In this document: positions 15,552 to 24,840 of the stretch, piece after piece | Numbering within the stretch: the first letter of the stretch is position 1 | Layout: the number at the start of each line of letters is the position of its first letter | DNA from: a virus | Direction: 5' to 3' (one strand) | IMG/VR virus record: IMGVR_UViG_3300045988_144755 | DNA: 64,000 bases | Notes under the pieces: generated by a model | Databases searched by the model: none | What the model saw: only the letters and a program-made list of their open reading frames with translations | Told to the model about the DNA's origin: nothing | Translations under genes and position numbers: made by a program

Positions 15552-18500
15552 TTATACCTGCCGTGCTATGGCATATTTATGTGTTCTTGTGTACGACTGG
15601 TCATTCGTTTCTTTCAGTTCTCCACGAAGATATGTATGACCATCAATACCCTCGGTAGGAGTATCAGTATCTCCCCGACCGCCATTATAAGCGACCATCT
15701 GTCCTTCATAGAACAATATGACAAAAGATTCCCCTATACTACCGTCAGGAGACCAAGTACTCTGCCATGTCCAACTATTGCCATCATCATACTTGTACAC
15801 AGGTTCGGGCTTTGCCTCCCCTGCAATCGTGGTGGACGCGCCATTGCCAGAAGCATCAGTAAAGGACACGGTATACGAACCTCCATTCGCATTGGTGCTG
15901 GTTAAAGTTTCAGTGAATTGCCCTGCCGAATTGGTGGCCTTCGCCCCGGTGGTGCCGCCAGAAAGACCGCCAAAGCTCGTTACGCTAACCCCGCTGGTGA
16001 TGGGGTTGCCGTTGCGTTTGCAAGTGAAGGTGACGGCTGTAGCGGTATTGTACGCCAGCGTGTTCGGGCTTGCCGAAAGCGCATATGTCGAGGCGCTCAC
16101 ACTGAACGATACCGTGGAGGTGCCGCCGCCAAACGAGAGAGTCACGGTTTTGCTGCCTATGGACGTTGCCGTCAGGGAGACGGTGAACTTGCCACCGGAT
16201 GCTGTTGCCGAGGCAGGGCCAGAAAGCCCGGAGCTGTACGACAGACTGACGGAGCCAGCGTAGTTGGCGTTGTTCTTCTTGACCGTGAAGGTGACGGAGT
16301 CGGGGTCGTTGGTGTAGAGCTGAGAGATGTTTGCCGAAGCAGCGTAAGTAGCGGCTGCCACCGTAAATGTTGCCGTTGCTGACCCACCGCCGAACGAGAC
16401 GGTGACGGTTTTATTGCCCGTGGTGGTAGCGGTCAGCTTGTTCGTGCATTTGCCGTCAGTGGCAGTTGCCGAGGTGCTGCCGGAAAGCCCAGAGGGAAGC
16501 GAGAAGGTAACGGCACCATCATAAGCGACGTTGTTCCGCTTCACGGTGAACGTCACATTGGAAGCCAAATCTTCCGTCAGGGCTGTGGGCGAAGCCGATA
16601 CTGTGTATGTAGCTGCCGATACGGTGAAGGCAATGGCGTCTGAGCCACCGCCGTAGGTCAGAGTGATATTGCCTGCTGTAGTTCCGCTTGCTGCCACTGA
16701 GATGGTAAACTGACCAGAAGCGTTTGCCGTGGCAGATGCCGGGCCACTGAGGTTTCCGCTGTATTTGATGGTGACAGCCCCGGCATAAACTGCGTCGTTC
16801 TTCTTCACAGTGAAGGTGACGGACTTGCTGTTGTAGGCTTGGACGCTGGTGCTGTTGGCAGAGGCCGTGTAGGTGGCTGCCGAGATGGTCATGGTATCGG
16901 ACGCATTCCCGCCGCCGAAGGTAGCTTTGATGGTACCCGTTCCGGTGGCGTCTGCGGATACGTTGATGGTGAACTGACCAGAGGCGTTCGCTGTGGCGGA
17001 TGCCGGGCCAGAAAGCCCACCGCTGTACGTCAGCGTCACAGCGCCAGCGTAGGCCGCATTGTTCCGCTTCACGGTGCCAGTGATGGACTTTGTTTCATCA
17101 ACCCGGATGGTGGTAGGACTGACGACGAAGGAGTAGGTGGACGCTGTGACGGATACGGCGTCAGTCGCTGACCCACCACCAAAGGTAAACGTCAGGGTCT
17201 TGTTCCCGGCTGTGGTGGCGGTAGCCGTGAGTTTTACCACACCATCGGTTGCCGTAGCGGATGTGGTGCCGGAAATGCCCGTGGGATACTTCACGGTGAC
17301 GGCACCGGAATAGTTCTTGCCATTGCGTTTCACGGTAGCGGTGATGGTGCCGGAGACGTTGGTCTTGAGCGCAGCCGAGGTGATTTCAGCGGCATAGGTC
17401 GCAGCCTGAGTATCCACCGTGTAGGAGGCGCTTCCGCCGCCGAAGGTGGCTTTCACGGTGCCGTCTGCGGTTCCGGTTGAGGTCAACGTGATGCTGAACT
17501 GCCCAGAGGCATTGGAGGTAGCCTTTGTAGGCGTACCAGTGATGCCGCCAGAGTAGGCCAGCGTAACGGCCCCGGCATATGCCTTGCCGTTGCGGGTAAC
17601 AGTGATGGTGTAGTCAGCTTCCTCGTAGGCGGTGATAGTCTTGCTGCTGGCGTTGATGGCATACGTGGCGGCAGCAACGGTGATGTCCGCCGTATCCGTC
17701 CAGTCATCAACCTTGACCGTCAGCGTTTCCGTTCCGGTATCCTCATAGGTCGCCTTGTACGTGTACTTGCCTGCGGAGAATGTGACCGAGGTGCCGTTGA
17801 TGGTGCCCTTTCCGGCGTATGCCTTGCCGTTCCGGGTAACGGTCACAACGGTGGAACCCGCCTCATACTGCGTAAATTCATCGTTGGAGATTGCCAGCGT
17901 GTAGGTAGCGGCGGTTACGGTCGCGGACAGTTTCACGCTGCCGCCACCATAGGTTGCGGTGATTGTCCCGCTGCCCACGGTATTGCCTGTGATGGTGAAC
18001 GTCCCGGTGCCGGAAGAGTTGGTGGTGACTTTCGTATCACCGGATACGCCGCCGGAGTAGGCCAGCGTGATGGCACCAGCATAGGCTTTTCCGTTCCGTT
18101 TTGCGGTGATTGTGACTTCTGCGTCTTCAAACCGCTGAACAGTTTTAGGCGTGATGCTTGCCGTATAGGTGGCTTCAGTGACTGTGACGGATACAGCATC
18201 ACTGACAGTTCCGCCCCCGAAGGTGGCGCTGATGGTAGACGCGCCTGCGGTAGCGCCTGTGACGGTGATGGACACGAGGCCGGACGCATTCGAGGTTGTG
18301 GATTTTGTGCTGCTGGTAATGTTGCTGTTATGCGCGAGGGTGACGGCTCCCTGATACGGTTTTCCGTTTCGCTTGACCGTGAAGCTGACGGCCTCAGATT
18401 CGTATTCCTGCACCGTGTAGTCTTCAGCTTCAACGCTGTAGGTTGCCGCAGCTACAGTGACGGACAGCGTGATGGTTTGCCCATCAATGACCAACTTCAG

Positions 18501-18956
18501 GGATTGCTTCCCGGAAGTATTGTACGTTGTCGTATAGGTGGCCTTGCCGTTAGTGAAGGTAATGGCCTTGCCAGCAAGGGTAGCGGCACCGGAGTAGGCT
18601 ACGCCATTCCGTTTCGCAGTAATCGTAAGGGTGCCCTGTTCGTACTGCGTGAACGACCCGGACGAAGTTGCCGTGTATGTCGTTTGTGCGACGGGGTAGG
18701 TTTGATCCAGAACGGTGGTACCATTTACTTTTACAACGAGGGGATAATCTCCGGGAGCATCATGGGGGCCGAGGGTGACGTTTGCTACCCCGTTGGAGTT
18801 CAGAGTGTATTCCACCCCATTAACGCTGATTTTTTTTCCGGGAATGAGAAGGTCATTATCATAGAGGGTGATGGCGCTTGTGACCGTATCGCCAGTATAC
18901 TCTGGAAGCCCATCTACACTGGCGATGTAGAGATGGTCTGTGTAGTACCCGTACAT
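15552..18956 (-). CDS. Large Ig-like repeat adhesin / tail fibre (1134 aa)
   Basis: ~12 tandem ~90-aa bacterial-Ig-like repeats (TFTVKRNGKAYAGAVTLAYSGG...SATFGGG). On the opposite strand to the surrounding structural genes. C-terminal ~175 aa lie inside the IR-bounded segment. Confidence 0.8.
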   Translation of the reverse strand: MYGYYTDHLYIASVDGLPEYTGDTVTSAITLYDNDLLIPGKKISVNGVEYTLNSNGVANVTLGPHDAPGDYPLVVKVNGTTVLDQTYPVAQTTYTATSSGSFTQYEQGTLTITAKRNGVAYSGAATLAGKAITFTNGKATYTTTYNTSGKQSLKLVIDGQTITLSVTVAAATYSVEAEDYTVQEYESEAVSFTVKRNGKPYQGAVTLAHNSNITSSTKSTTSNASGLVSITVTGATAGASTISATFGGGTVSDAVSVTVTEATYTASITPKTVQRFEDAEVTITAKRNGKAYAGAITLAYSGGVSGDTKVTTNSSGTGTFTITGNTVGSGTITATYGGGSVKLSATVTAATYTLAISNDEFTQYEAGSTVVTVTRNGKAYAGKGTINGTSVTFSAGKYTYKATYEDTGTETLTVKVDDWTDTADITVAAATYAINASSKTITAYEEADYTITVTRNGKAYAGAVTLAYSGGITGTPTKATSNASGQFSITLTSTGTADGTVKATFGGGSASYTVDTQAATYAAEITSAALKTNVSGTITATVKRNGKNYSGAVTVKYPTGISGTTSATATDGVVKLTATATTAGNKTLTFTFGGGSATDAVSVTASTYSFVVSPTTIRVDETKSITGTVKRNNAAYAGAVTLTYSGGLSGPASATANASGQFTINVSADATGTGTIKATFGGGNASDTMTISAATYTASANSTSVQAYNSKSVTFTVKKNDAVYAGAVTIKYSGNLSGPASATANASGQFTISVAASGTTAGNITLTYGGGSDAIAFTVSAATYTVSASPTALTEDLASNVTFTVKRNNVAYDGAVTFSLPSGLSGSTSATATDGKCTNKLTATTTGNKTVTVSFGGGSATATFTVAAATYAASANISQLYTNDPDSVTFTVKKNNANYAGSVSLSYSSGLSGPASATASGGKFTVSLTATSIGSKTVTLSFGGGTSTVSFSVSASTYALSASPNTLAYNTATAVTFTCKRNGNPITSGVSVTSFGGLSGGTTGAKATNSAGQFTETLTSTNANGGSYTVSFTDASGNGASTTIAGEAKPEPVYKYDDGNSWTWQSTWSPDGSIGESFVILFYEGQMVAYNGGRGDTDTPTEGIDGHTYLRGELKETNDQSYTRTHKYAIARQV
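16079..16127. repeat. Right 49-bp inverted repeat inside the adhesin gene (constant/variable junction)
   Basis: gcgcatatgtcgaggcgctcacactgaacgataccgtggaggtgccgcc; inverted copy of 14713–14761. Confidence 0.8.
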
Positions 18957-19082
18957 AAACTCTCCTGAATTGTTAATGATTAAATACAGTTACTGTTAAG
19001 TATAAGGGAAATTTGCGAAGATGTAAATGTTGCGGTATGGAAGTAATTGCTTGCGGGTACAGAACTTTTCATCGGAGCGATA

Positions 19083-19545
19083 TATGAGCGTTATTCTTTC
19101 CCAAACCCGGTGGCCTTCCTTGGCGCTCGATTTGGCGATCATGACGGTGCCGGGTTCCCCATTGACGGAACTGAACACCATCTATGAAACGTATTCGTTG
19201 ACTCAGAATGAGCTGCGGGAAATTTTGAACAACCCCTATTTCCAGCAGTTGTTCAATGACGCGTTGGAGCAGGTGAAGGCACAGGGCAACAAGGCGGGCG
19301 CGGCCTATCGTGCAATGACGCTTTCTCAGGCTTTATCGGAGAAGCTGTTCCGGGATGCGAACGGCAACAGGATGGAGCCGAAGGACATGATCAAATTTTA
19401 CGAGTTGTTGCTGAAGTCTGCGGGGTTGCTGGACAACAAGGACACGCAGGTCAACACGCAGGTCAATGTCGGCGTCGCGCTGCCGTTGCCGACAGGGTTG
19501 AACAACCCCAAGCTCAAGCATGTGCAGGCTATAGGAACCAAATAA
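19083..19545 (+). CDS. Putative terminase small subunit (154 aa)
   Basis: Immediately upstream of the terminase large subunit; size and position typical. Start chosen at internal Met with GGAGCG RBS. No motif proof. Confidence 0.4.
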
Positions 19546-19557
19546 AGGAGCGGGCAT

Positions 19558-21063
19558 ATGGCTTTCAGATATGATATGTCCCCTACTGGCAAGGCGTTCC
19601 ATGAGTGCGACAAATACGTAAAGATGCTCTGCGGGCCTTACGGGTCTGGGAAGTCCTGCTGTTGCGCTATTGACGTGCTGTCGTATGCCTGCGCTCAGGC
19701 GGTGGCCCCGGACGGGTATCGGTATGTCCGCGTCGGTGTCGTGCGTTCCACGTATCCTGAGCTTTTCTCCACGACGCGGAAATCCTTGCTTGAGGTTTTG
19801 CCGGAATCGTGCGGGACGATTACGACAGGCACATCCGGGACGCAGGGGCTGTACATAATCCCGCTGGTGGACGGGACGAAAGTCCACCTTGAAATTGATT
19901 TGGTTGCCGCTGCCAGTGTCGATGACGAATGGCGCTTGCGTTCAAGGAACTGGACGTTCGCATGGATGAACGAAGCCAACGGCTGTATCGAAGAAGTGTT
20001 CATGATGATCACGCAGCGTATCGGGCGCTACCCTTCCGATGATTTGGGAGGTGTGTCGTGGGGCGGGGTCATTATGGATTTCAACCAGCCCGCGCCGGGG
20101 ACGTGGGTGGACAACTTTATGCGGAACCCGCAGCCAAACTGGGCAGTGTTCCGCCAGCCGCCAGCCGCGTTCAAGCATGAAGATGAGCATGGGAACATTA
20201 CGTATACCGTCAATCCCAATGCGGAGAATTTGCGGAACCTAGGGGCAAAGGAAGAAGGCGACCCGGAAGATTTTCCTGCCGAGGAGCGGGGCAAGCGGTA
20301 CTACAGGAACCAGATCGACGCCCTCATCAAACAGGGGCGGTATGATGTCGTCGATAACCAATACTGCATGTTGGATGTCCCCGTGGTTGACGGGAAGCCA
20401 GTCTATCCGGGGTTCAGCAAGCGGAAGCATGTGGCCCCGCAAGTCCTTGAGCCCCTCATGTTCCATGATATTATCATCGGCATGGATCAATCCGGCATCC
20501 ATCCGGCAGCGGTTATCCTGCAAAACCAATACGGAAAGTGGTGTGTCCTCGACGAACTCTACGCCAATAACGAGGGCTTTGAGAATTTCCTCTATGGTAT
20601 GCTGGTTCCCCGGTTGCGGGAGAGGTATTCGACGAATCCGATAGTTGCCGCGATTGACCCTAGCAACCAGCGGGATTCGTGGACGGCGACGACGCCGAAG
20701 GAACGTCTTGCCGAGGCGGGCATTGCGGCTGTGACCGAATTGACCAACAGCCCCAAAATCCGTATCCAGATGGTAGAGCACATGCTCAACTTGGATACTG
20801 GCGGTTTGCTGGTAAGCCCGAACTGTGAGCTGCTGGTCAACGGGTTTGTCCATGAATATCGGTATCGCAGGCTTCGGGGTGGGGGTTCCATCGGTGCGGC
20901 CTATACGCCACAACCGGAGAAGAACGACGCAAGCCATGTTCATGATGCGTTGCAGTATGCGGCGCTGCTCATCTACAGGGATGCGACGAAGGATGACCCG
21001 GCAGCGGAAGCCCTTGCAAAGAAACTTTCGGATAAACGGCGCGTACTGCGGAAGGTCGTATAA
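19558..21063 (+). CDS. terL: Terminase large subunit (501 aa)
   Basis: Walker A CGPYGSGKS near the N-terminus; acidic nuclease-type C-terminal half; AAAGGAG RBS; followed by the portal gene. Confidence 0.8.
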   Translation: MAFRYDMSPTGKAFHECDKYVKMLCGPYGSGKSCCCAIDVLSYACAQAVAPDGYRYVRVGVVRSTYPELFSTTRKSLLEVLPESCGTITTGTSGTQGLYIIPLVDGTKVHLEIDLVAAASVDDEWRLRSRNWTFAWMNEANGCIEEVFMMITQRIGRYPSDDLGGVSWGGVIMDFNQPAPGTWVDNFMRNPQPNWAVFRQPPAAFKHEDEHGNITYTVNPNAENLRNLGAKEEGDPEDFPAEERGKRYYRNQIDALIKQGRYDVVDNQYCMLDVPVVDGKPVYPGFSKRKHVAPQVLEPLMFHDIIIGMDQSGIHPAAVILQNQYGKWCVLDELYANNEGFENFLYGMLVPRLRERYSTNPIVAAIDPSNQRDSWTATTPKERLAEAGIAAVTELTNSPKIRIQMVEHMLNLDTGGLLVSPNCELLVNGFVHEYRYRRLRGGGSIGAAYTPQPEKNDASHVHDALQYAALLIYRDATKDDPAAEALAKKLSDKRRVLRKVV

Positions 21064-23078
21064 TGGCTGAAGAAGCTACTGATTCCACTCGCATCAACTG
21101 GTTGCGGGAGATTGAGGACATCCCGAAGAATGCCGTTGACCCTCTGGCTGATGAAGTCATGCGGCGGTTCAATGGTGCCGTGGGGTGGCAGTCAACCGAA
21201 CGGGTGAACGGCAAGAGCCTGCGGCAAGTCCTCCAGAATTGTTGGGAACAGCAGAACGGTGTGCTGAACTGCGCCGATGCACAGGCGGCGGAAGCTCTCG
21301 GTGTCGATGTCGTTATCAACATGACCGCGTTGAAGACGGACACGGCGAACGCATTCCTTGCCGAGTCTTTGACTGCGGGCGATGCCAGCCTTCCTTGGAC
21401 TATCATGCCGACGCCCCGCCCGGACATTTCCCCTGTGGCGAAAGAAGCGGTGTTGCAGGAAGTGAAGCGCCAGCTCTTTTCTCAGGGTGGGTACCAAGAC
21501 AGCATGGCGTTGGTTTCCCATATCCAGCAGGCAAAGCAGTTGATGCGCCGCAGGGAAGAAGAGAAGGCAGCCAAGGCCGCGGATGAAATGATGCTGCTCA
21601 TTGAAGACCAATGTGCCGAGGGCGGCTTCTCACGGGCGCTGACGGACTTTCTGCAATACTTCCCGGTCTATCCTTTTGCCGTTTTCGCCGGGCCTTACAT
21701 CACGAGGGCCACCAAGCTGACGTGGGGCAAGAACCGTCCCCGGCTGAACACTGAGGTTTTCCCCGTGTTCCGGGCAATCAGCCCCTTTGACTTCTGCTAT
21801 TCGCCGGATTCCCCCGACACGCAGCGGGGGACGTGCGTGTTTACCCGGACGCTCTGGACGCGGAAGCAGCTTCTGGATGCAGCGAAGATGAAGTCGTACC
21901 TGCAATCCAATGTGCTTGACGTTCTTGAGAATGCCGATGTCAATCCTGATTTCAACCTGAACTGGCTCAGTCGGGAGCCGGATTCGTATCGGCGCAGCCT
22001 GTCTCTGTGGTCGTCCAATGTTGCCCCCATTGAAGTCCTGACGCACTATGGCGTGATGTCGGGACGGGAGCTCAGGTCGTATGGGTTCCATAATCTGGAA
22101 GACACTGAGTTCTACAACTGCGAGATTGCGATGGCGGGCTACCGGGTGATTCAGGTGAAGGTCGTCAGCGACCCCCGGATGCAGACGCGGCCCATCTACA
22201 CGGCGAGCTTCTACCGCACGGGCGGCGACCGCATTGCGGGCGACGGCATTGCGCAACGCATCCGGGACATTGAGCGGGCCTATCATTCCTGCCTGCGCTA
22301 CCTGATGCGGAACGCGGCGAATGCGTCTGCGCCCTTGTGCGAGGTTGACTACCGCCGGATGATTGCGCACATGAGCGATGAGGACTTGGGCCATGTCGTT
22401 CCGGGCCTGATGTACATGGTGGATTCCGATGCGAGCAACAGCGGGAGCGCCGCTATGCGGTTCTTCAACATCCCCTCCAATATCCCGGCCTACGCGCAGT
22501 TGATGGAAATGTTCATGCAGCTTGGCGACCGGGTGACGAACATCCCGGCAGCCCTGCACGGGGAAGCCGTGGGCAGCGGTGCCATGCGGACGTTCCGGGG
22601 CATGTCCATGTTGCAGGGGAATGCGACGAAGGCCCTCCATGCGGCGGTGACGAACATTGCCAACGGCGTGTTCATCCCGCTTGGGGAAGCATTGTTCAAC
22701 ACGAACATGCTGTACTCGAACAACATGGACATCAAGGGCGATGCGCAGATCATCACCAAGGGCGCTGAGGGCTTGCTCCAGAAGGAAATGCAGAAGCAGT
22801 CCGCAATGGAGATATTGCAGGTTGTCGGTTCTGTCGGCGCGCAGTTGGGGCAGATGGTGAACATTGCCCCTGTCGTGTCGTGGAGCATCAAGCGGCTGGT
22901 GAGCGCAATGGGCGTGCCGGATGATGTCATTGCCCAGATGGAACAGCCGATGATGCCGCCGGGCATGTTGCCGCAGGGCGGTGCCCCGGTGTCTGGAGAC
23001 AATCCGAATCCCAATCCGGCACCGCCGTCACCTACGGGCGCTGGTGTTGTTGCCGATGTTTCGGGGGGAGAAGCATGA
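21063..23078 (+). CDS. Putative portal protein (671 aa)
   Basis: Large protein directly after the terminase large subunit, sharing ATG with its stop; size and gene order typical of podovirus portals. Confidence 0.6.
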   Translation: MAEEATDSTRINWLREIEDIPKNAVDPLADEVMRRFNGAVGWQSTERVNGKSLRQVLQNCWEQQNGVLNCADAQAAEALGVDVVINMTALKTDTANAFLAESLTAGDASLPWTIMPTPRPDISPVAKEAVLQEVKRQLFSQGGYQDSMALVSHIQQAKQLMRRREEEKAAKAADEMMLLIEDQCAEGGFSRALTDFLQYFPVYPFAVFAGPYITRATKLTWGKNRPRLNTEVFPVFRAISPFDFCYSPDSPDTQRGTCVFTRTLWTRKQLLDAAKMKSYLQSNVLDVLENADVNPDFNLNWLSREPDSYRRSLSLWSSNVAPIEVLTHYGVMSGRELRSYGFHNLEDTEFYNCEIAMAGYRVIQVKVVSDPRMQTRPIYTASFYRTGGDRIAGDGIAQRIRDIERAYHSCLRYLMRNAANASAPLCEVDYRRMIAHMSDEDLGHVVPGLMYMVDSDASNSGSAAMRFFNIPSNIPAYAQLMEMFMQLGDRVTNIPAALHGEAVGSGAMRTFRGMSMLQGNATKALHAAVTNIANGVFIPLGEALFNTNMLYSNNMDIKGDAQIITKGAEGLLQKEMQKQSAMEILQVVGSVGAQLGQMVNIAPVVSWSIKRLVSAMGVPDDVIAQMEQPMMPPGMLPQGGAPVSGDNPNPNPAPPSPTGAGVVADVSGGEA

Positions 23079-23323
23079 TAGAGCATGGCCCGAAGGCCGG
23101 GAGCAAATGGTTCAAGTTTGCGGCATGGTTTGTGGATAACCTCAATTTTTGTGAGGGGTTCTACTACGGGACGGATATTCCCAAACCTGAGAATAAGTTG
23201 TACAACTGGTTCTACACTTACTGGTTGTGGCCTTGGAAACAAAATGACTGCATCTGCTGCAATACGGTACGCGGGCTGATGTATGGGGCGGTCATTGGAT
23301 TCATTCTTGGGAGGTTTTTATGA
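23075..23323 (+). CDS. Small Trp/Cys-rich membrane protein (82 aa)
   Basis: GGGGGAG RBS; C-terminal TM helix; overlapping start and stop. Confidence 0.45.
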   Translation: MIEHGPKAGSKWFKFAAWFVDNLNFCEGFYYGTDIPKPENKLYNWFYTYWLWPWKQNDCICCNTVRGLMYGAVIGFILGRFL

Positions 23324-23772
23324 GTTTGTATCCCCTTTGGAAGAACACCAATAAGACGGAGTTCTCCAGTGTTTTCAGCGTCCCGCCCGGTCAGGTCTGC
23401 GTGCTTTTCGCCTCTGGGTTGCAGAAGTACAAGTACCGGGTAGATGCTTCCGAGGTGCAGGTGCCGCAGGTTTTCTGCGTGCGCCGACTGCTGCACAATT
23501 TCACATTCCCAGTGGATAAGGCAAACTTGCCCTGTGGTTGGATTTTTGATACCGAAAAATCAGGCGCTGATGAAATCATTGATGAAGTCGTCAGGTCTTG
23601 CTCTGACCCGTGGCAGTTGTCGATGTGCAGCAACCTCCGGGTTATTGGTGTCCCCGGTACATACCGTTTGGAACTCAATGACACTACGGCTATTGGTAAG
23701 GCGCAAGTCTTTGCCGAACTGTACAATGCAAAGACTTTCCCGATGCAGGTCAAAGACCTATTCTTTCTGTAG
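23320..23772 (+). CDS. Hypothetical head-module protein (150 aa)
   Basis: GGGAGG RBS; overlaps the upstream stop. Confidence 0.5.
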   Translation: MSLYPLWKNTNKTEFSSVFSVPPGQVCVLFASGLQKYKYRVDASEVQVPQVFCVRRLLHNFTFPVDKANLPCGWIFDTEKSGADEIIDEVVRSCSDPWQLSMCSNLRVIGVPGTYRLELNDTTAIGKAQVFAELYNAKTFPMQVKDLFFL

Positions 23773-23783
23773 GGAGATGAATT

Positions 23784-24170
23784 ATGTCGCAAGGTTGCGG
23801 AAGCATTGATTACCTGAACGGCGGCACCATGACTGGTGTGTCAATCCTGAACTCTCAGGTTACGAACACTACCATTTCATCGAGCACCCTTGACAGCAGC
23901 ACGATCTCGAACCTGACTGCCCTTGACGAAAAGTCTGCACAGGTTGTTGCTGATGCCATTGCCGCACTTCCGGCGGATAAACTGCAAGCCCTCGTCAATG
24001 CGCTGCTGGCTGCATTGACCCCCAAGGCGGCACCCACTCCGGCGCTCTCTGAAGAATCCGATGCGATTCCCACCGACATTATCGGAGCGCGGTCGTCCGT
24101 ACTTGGCGACCCCGATACGTGGCTTGCCCTTGGCGAATACGTGGTGCCCATGTACTCGCCGGATAAATAG
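23784..24170 (+). CDS. Hypothetical protein (128 aa)
   Basis: GGGAGA RBS; Ser/Thr-rich N-terminus. Confidence 0.5.
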   Translation: MSQGCGSIDYLNGGTMTGVSILNSQVTNTTISSSTLDSSTISNLTALDEKSAQVVADAIAALPADKLQALVNALLAALTPKAAPTPALSEESDAIPTDIIGARSSVLGDPDTWLALGEYVVPMYSPDK

Positions 24171-24178
24171 GAGGGACT

Positions 24179-24427
24179 ATGAGCAAGAAAGTTGCAGTTG
24201 CAGTGGTTACGGGTGTCGACAGCACCTTTGATGCCGCTGTGGAAAAAGCGCAAAACCCTGCCATGACGACCGCGGATAATCCTCTTGTCGCTAACTATCA
24301 GTACATGAAGAACGAAGCCGTTGTGGAGCGGAATATGGAACGCCTGCGCACCGACGCGCGTATGCGTTTTTGTGGGCCGCATAGTGAAATCTATCGCGGC
24401 ATCATGGACAATCGTTTTGGAGGTTGA
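24179..24427 (+). CDS. Hypothetical protein (82 aa)
   Basis: AGGAGG RBS. Confidence 0.45.
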   Translation: MSKKVAVAVVTGVDSTFDAAVEKAQNPAMTTADNPLVANYQYMKNEAVVERNMERLRTDARMRFCGPHSEIYRGIMDNRFGG

Positions 24428-24429
24428 TC

Positions 24430-24600
24430 ATGGGTTGCCCTCGTTGTGGTTCCAGTCGTCCGTCCCGTCCGTCGAATCCCCCGTCCTCTCAGCAGCGCCC
24501 CGGCACTGCCCCGAACAGGCCGAATGTAATCAGTCCTACCAACAGCGCACGGGACGCTATCTCCGGGCTGCGGTATGTACCTGCGTCGTCCGGGAAGTAA
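24430..24600 (+). CDS. Small zinc-ribbon-like protein (56 aa)
   Basis: GGAGG RBS; N-terminus MGCPRCGSS; hand-translated, not in the ORF track. Confidence 0.3.
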   Translation: MGCPRCGSSRPSRPSNPPSSQQRPGTAPNRPNVISPTNSARDAISGLRYVPASSGK

Positions 24601-24829
24601 GCAGGAATTGTCCGGGCTGTACAAGGCCCTTGCTTCCAACGACGCCATCTACATGCAGTTGATCAACGCATGGAAGGACAAGTTCGTTGAGGAGCATGAG
24701 CAGTGTGTGGCCCTTGCGGTCGCGGCATTATCCAATGAGAGCTTGAAAAGTCAGGCGCTTATTGCCAAAGGCAAGTGCGACATGCTTAAGGAACTCATTG
24801 AATTTGCCGAACAGTTCACCAATAAATAG
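24575..24829 (+). CDS. Hypothetical protein (≤84 aa; start uncertain)
   Basis: ORF-track ORF; overlaps the previous small ORF by 26 nt, so the true start may be internal. Confidence 0.35.
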   Translation: MYLRRPGSKQELSGLYKALASNDAIYMQLINAWKDKFVEEHEQCVALAVAALSNESLKSQALIAKGKCDMLKELIEFAEQFTNK

Positions 24830-24840
24830 GAGCGAAAACT

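Noticed and set aside
14700-16130. Diversity-generating retroelement (TR/VR) explanation for the duplicated fibre C-terminus
   Set aside because: The copies are inverted rather than direct. Differences are not adenine-specific but involve whole divergent domains. No reverse transcriptase is seen.
15718-16382. Plus-strand ORFs (181 aa and 154 aa) inside the Ig-like adhesin gene
   Set aside because: Antisense to a gene with clear tandem Ig-like repeats; P/A/V-rich composition.
21630-22640. 336-aa minus-strand ORF inside the portal gene
   Set aside because: Antisense; R/P/H/A-rich; the portal frame is continuous and positionally supported.
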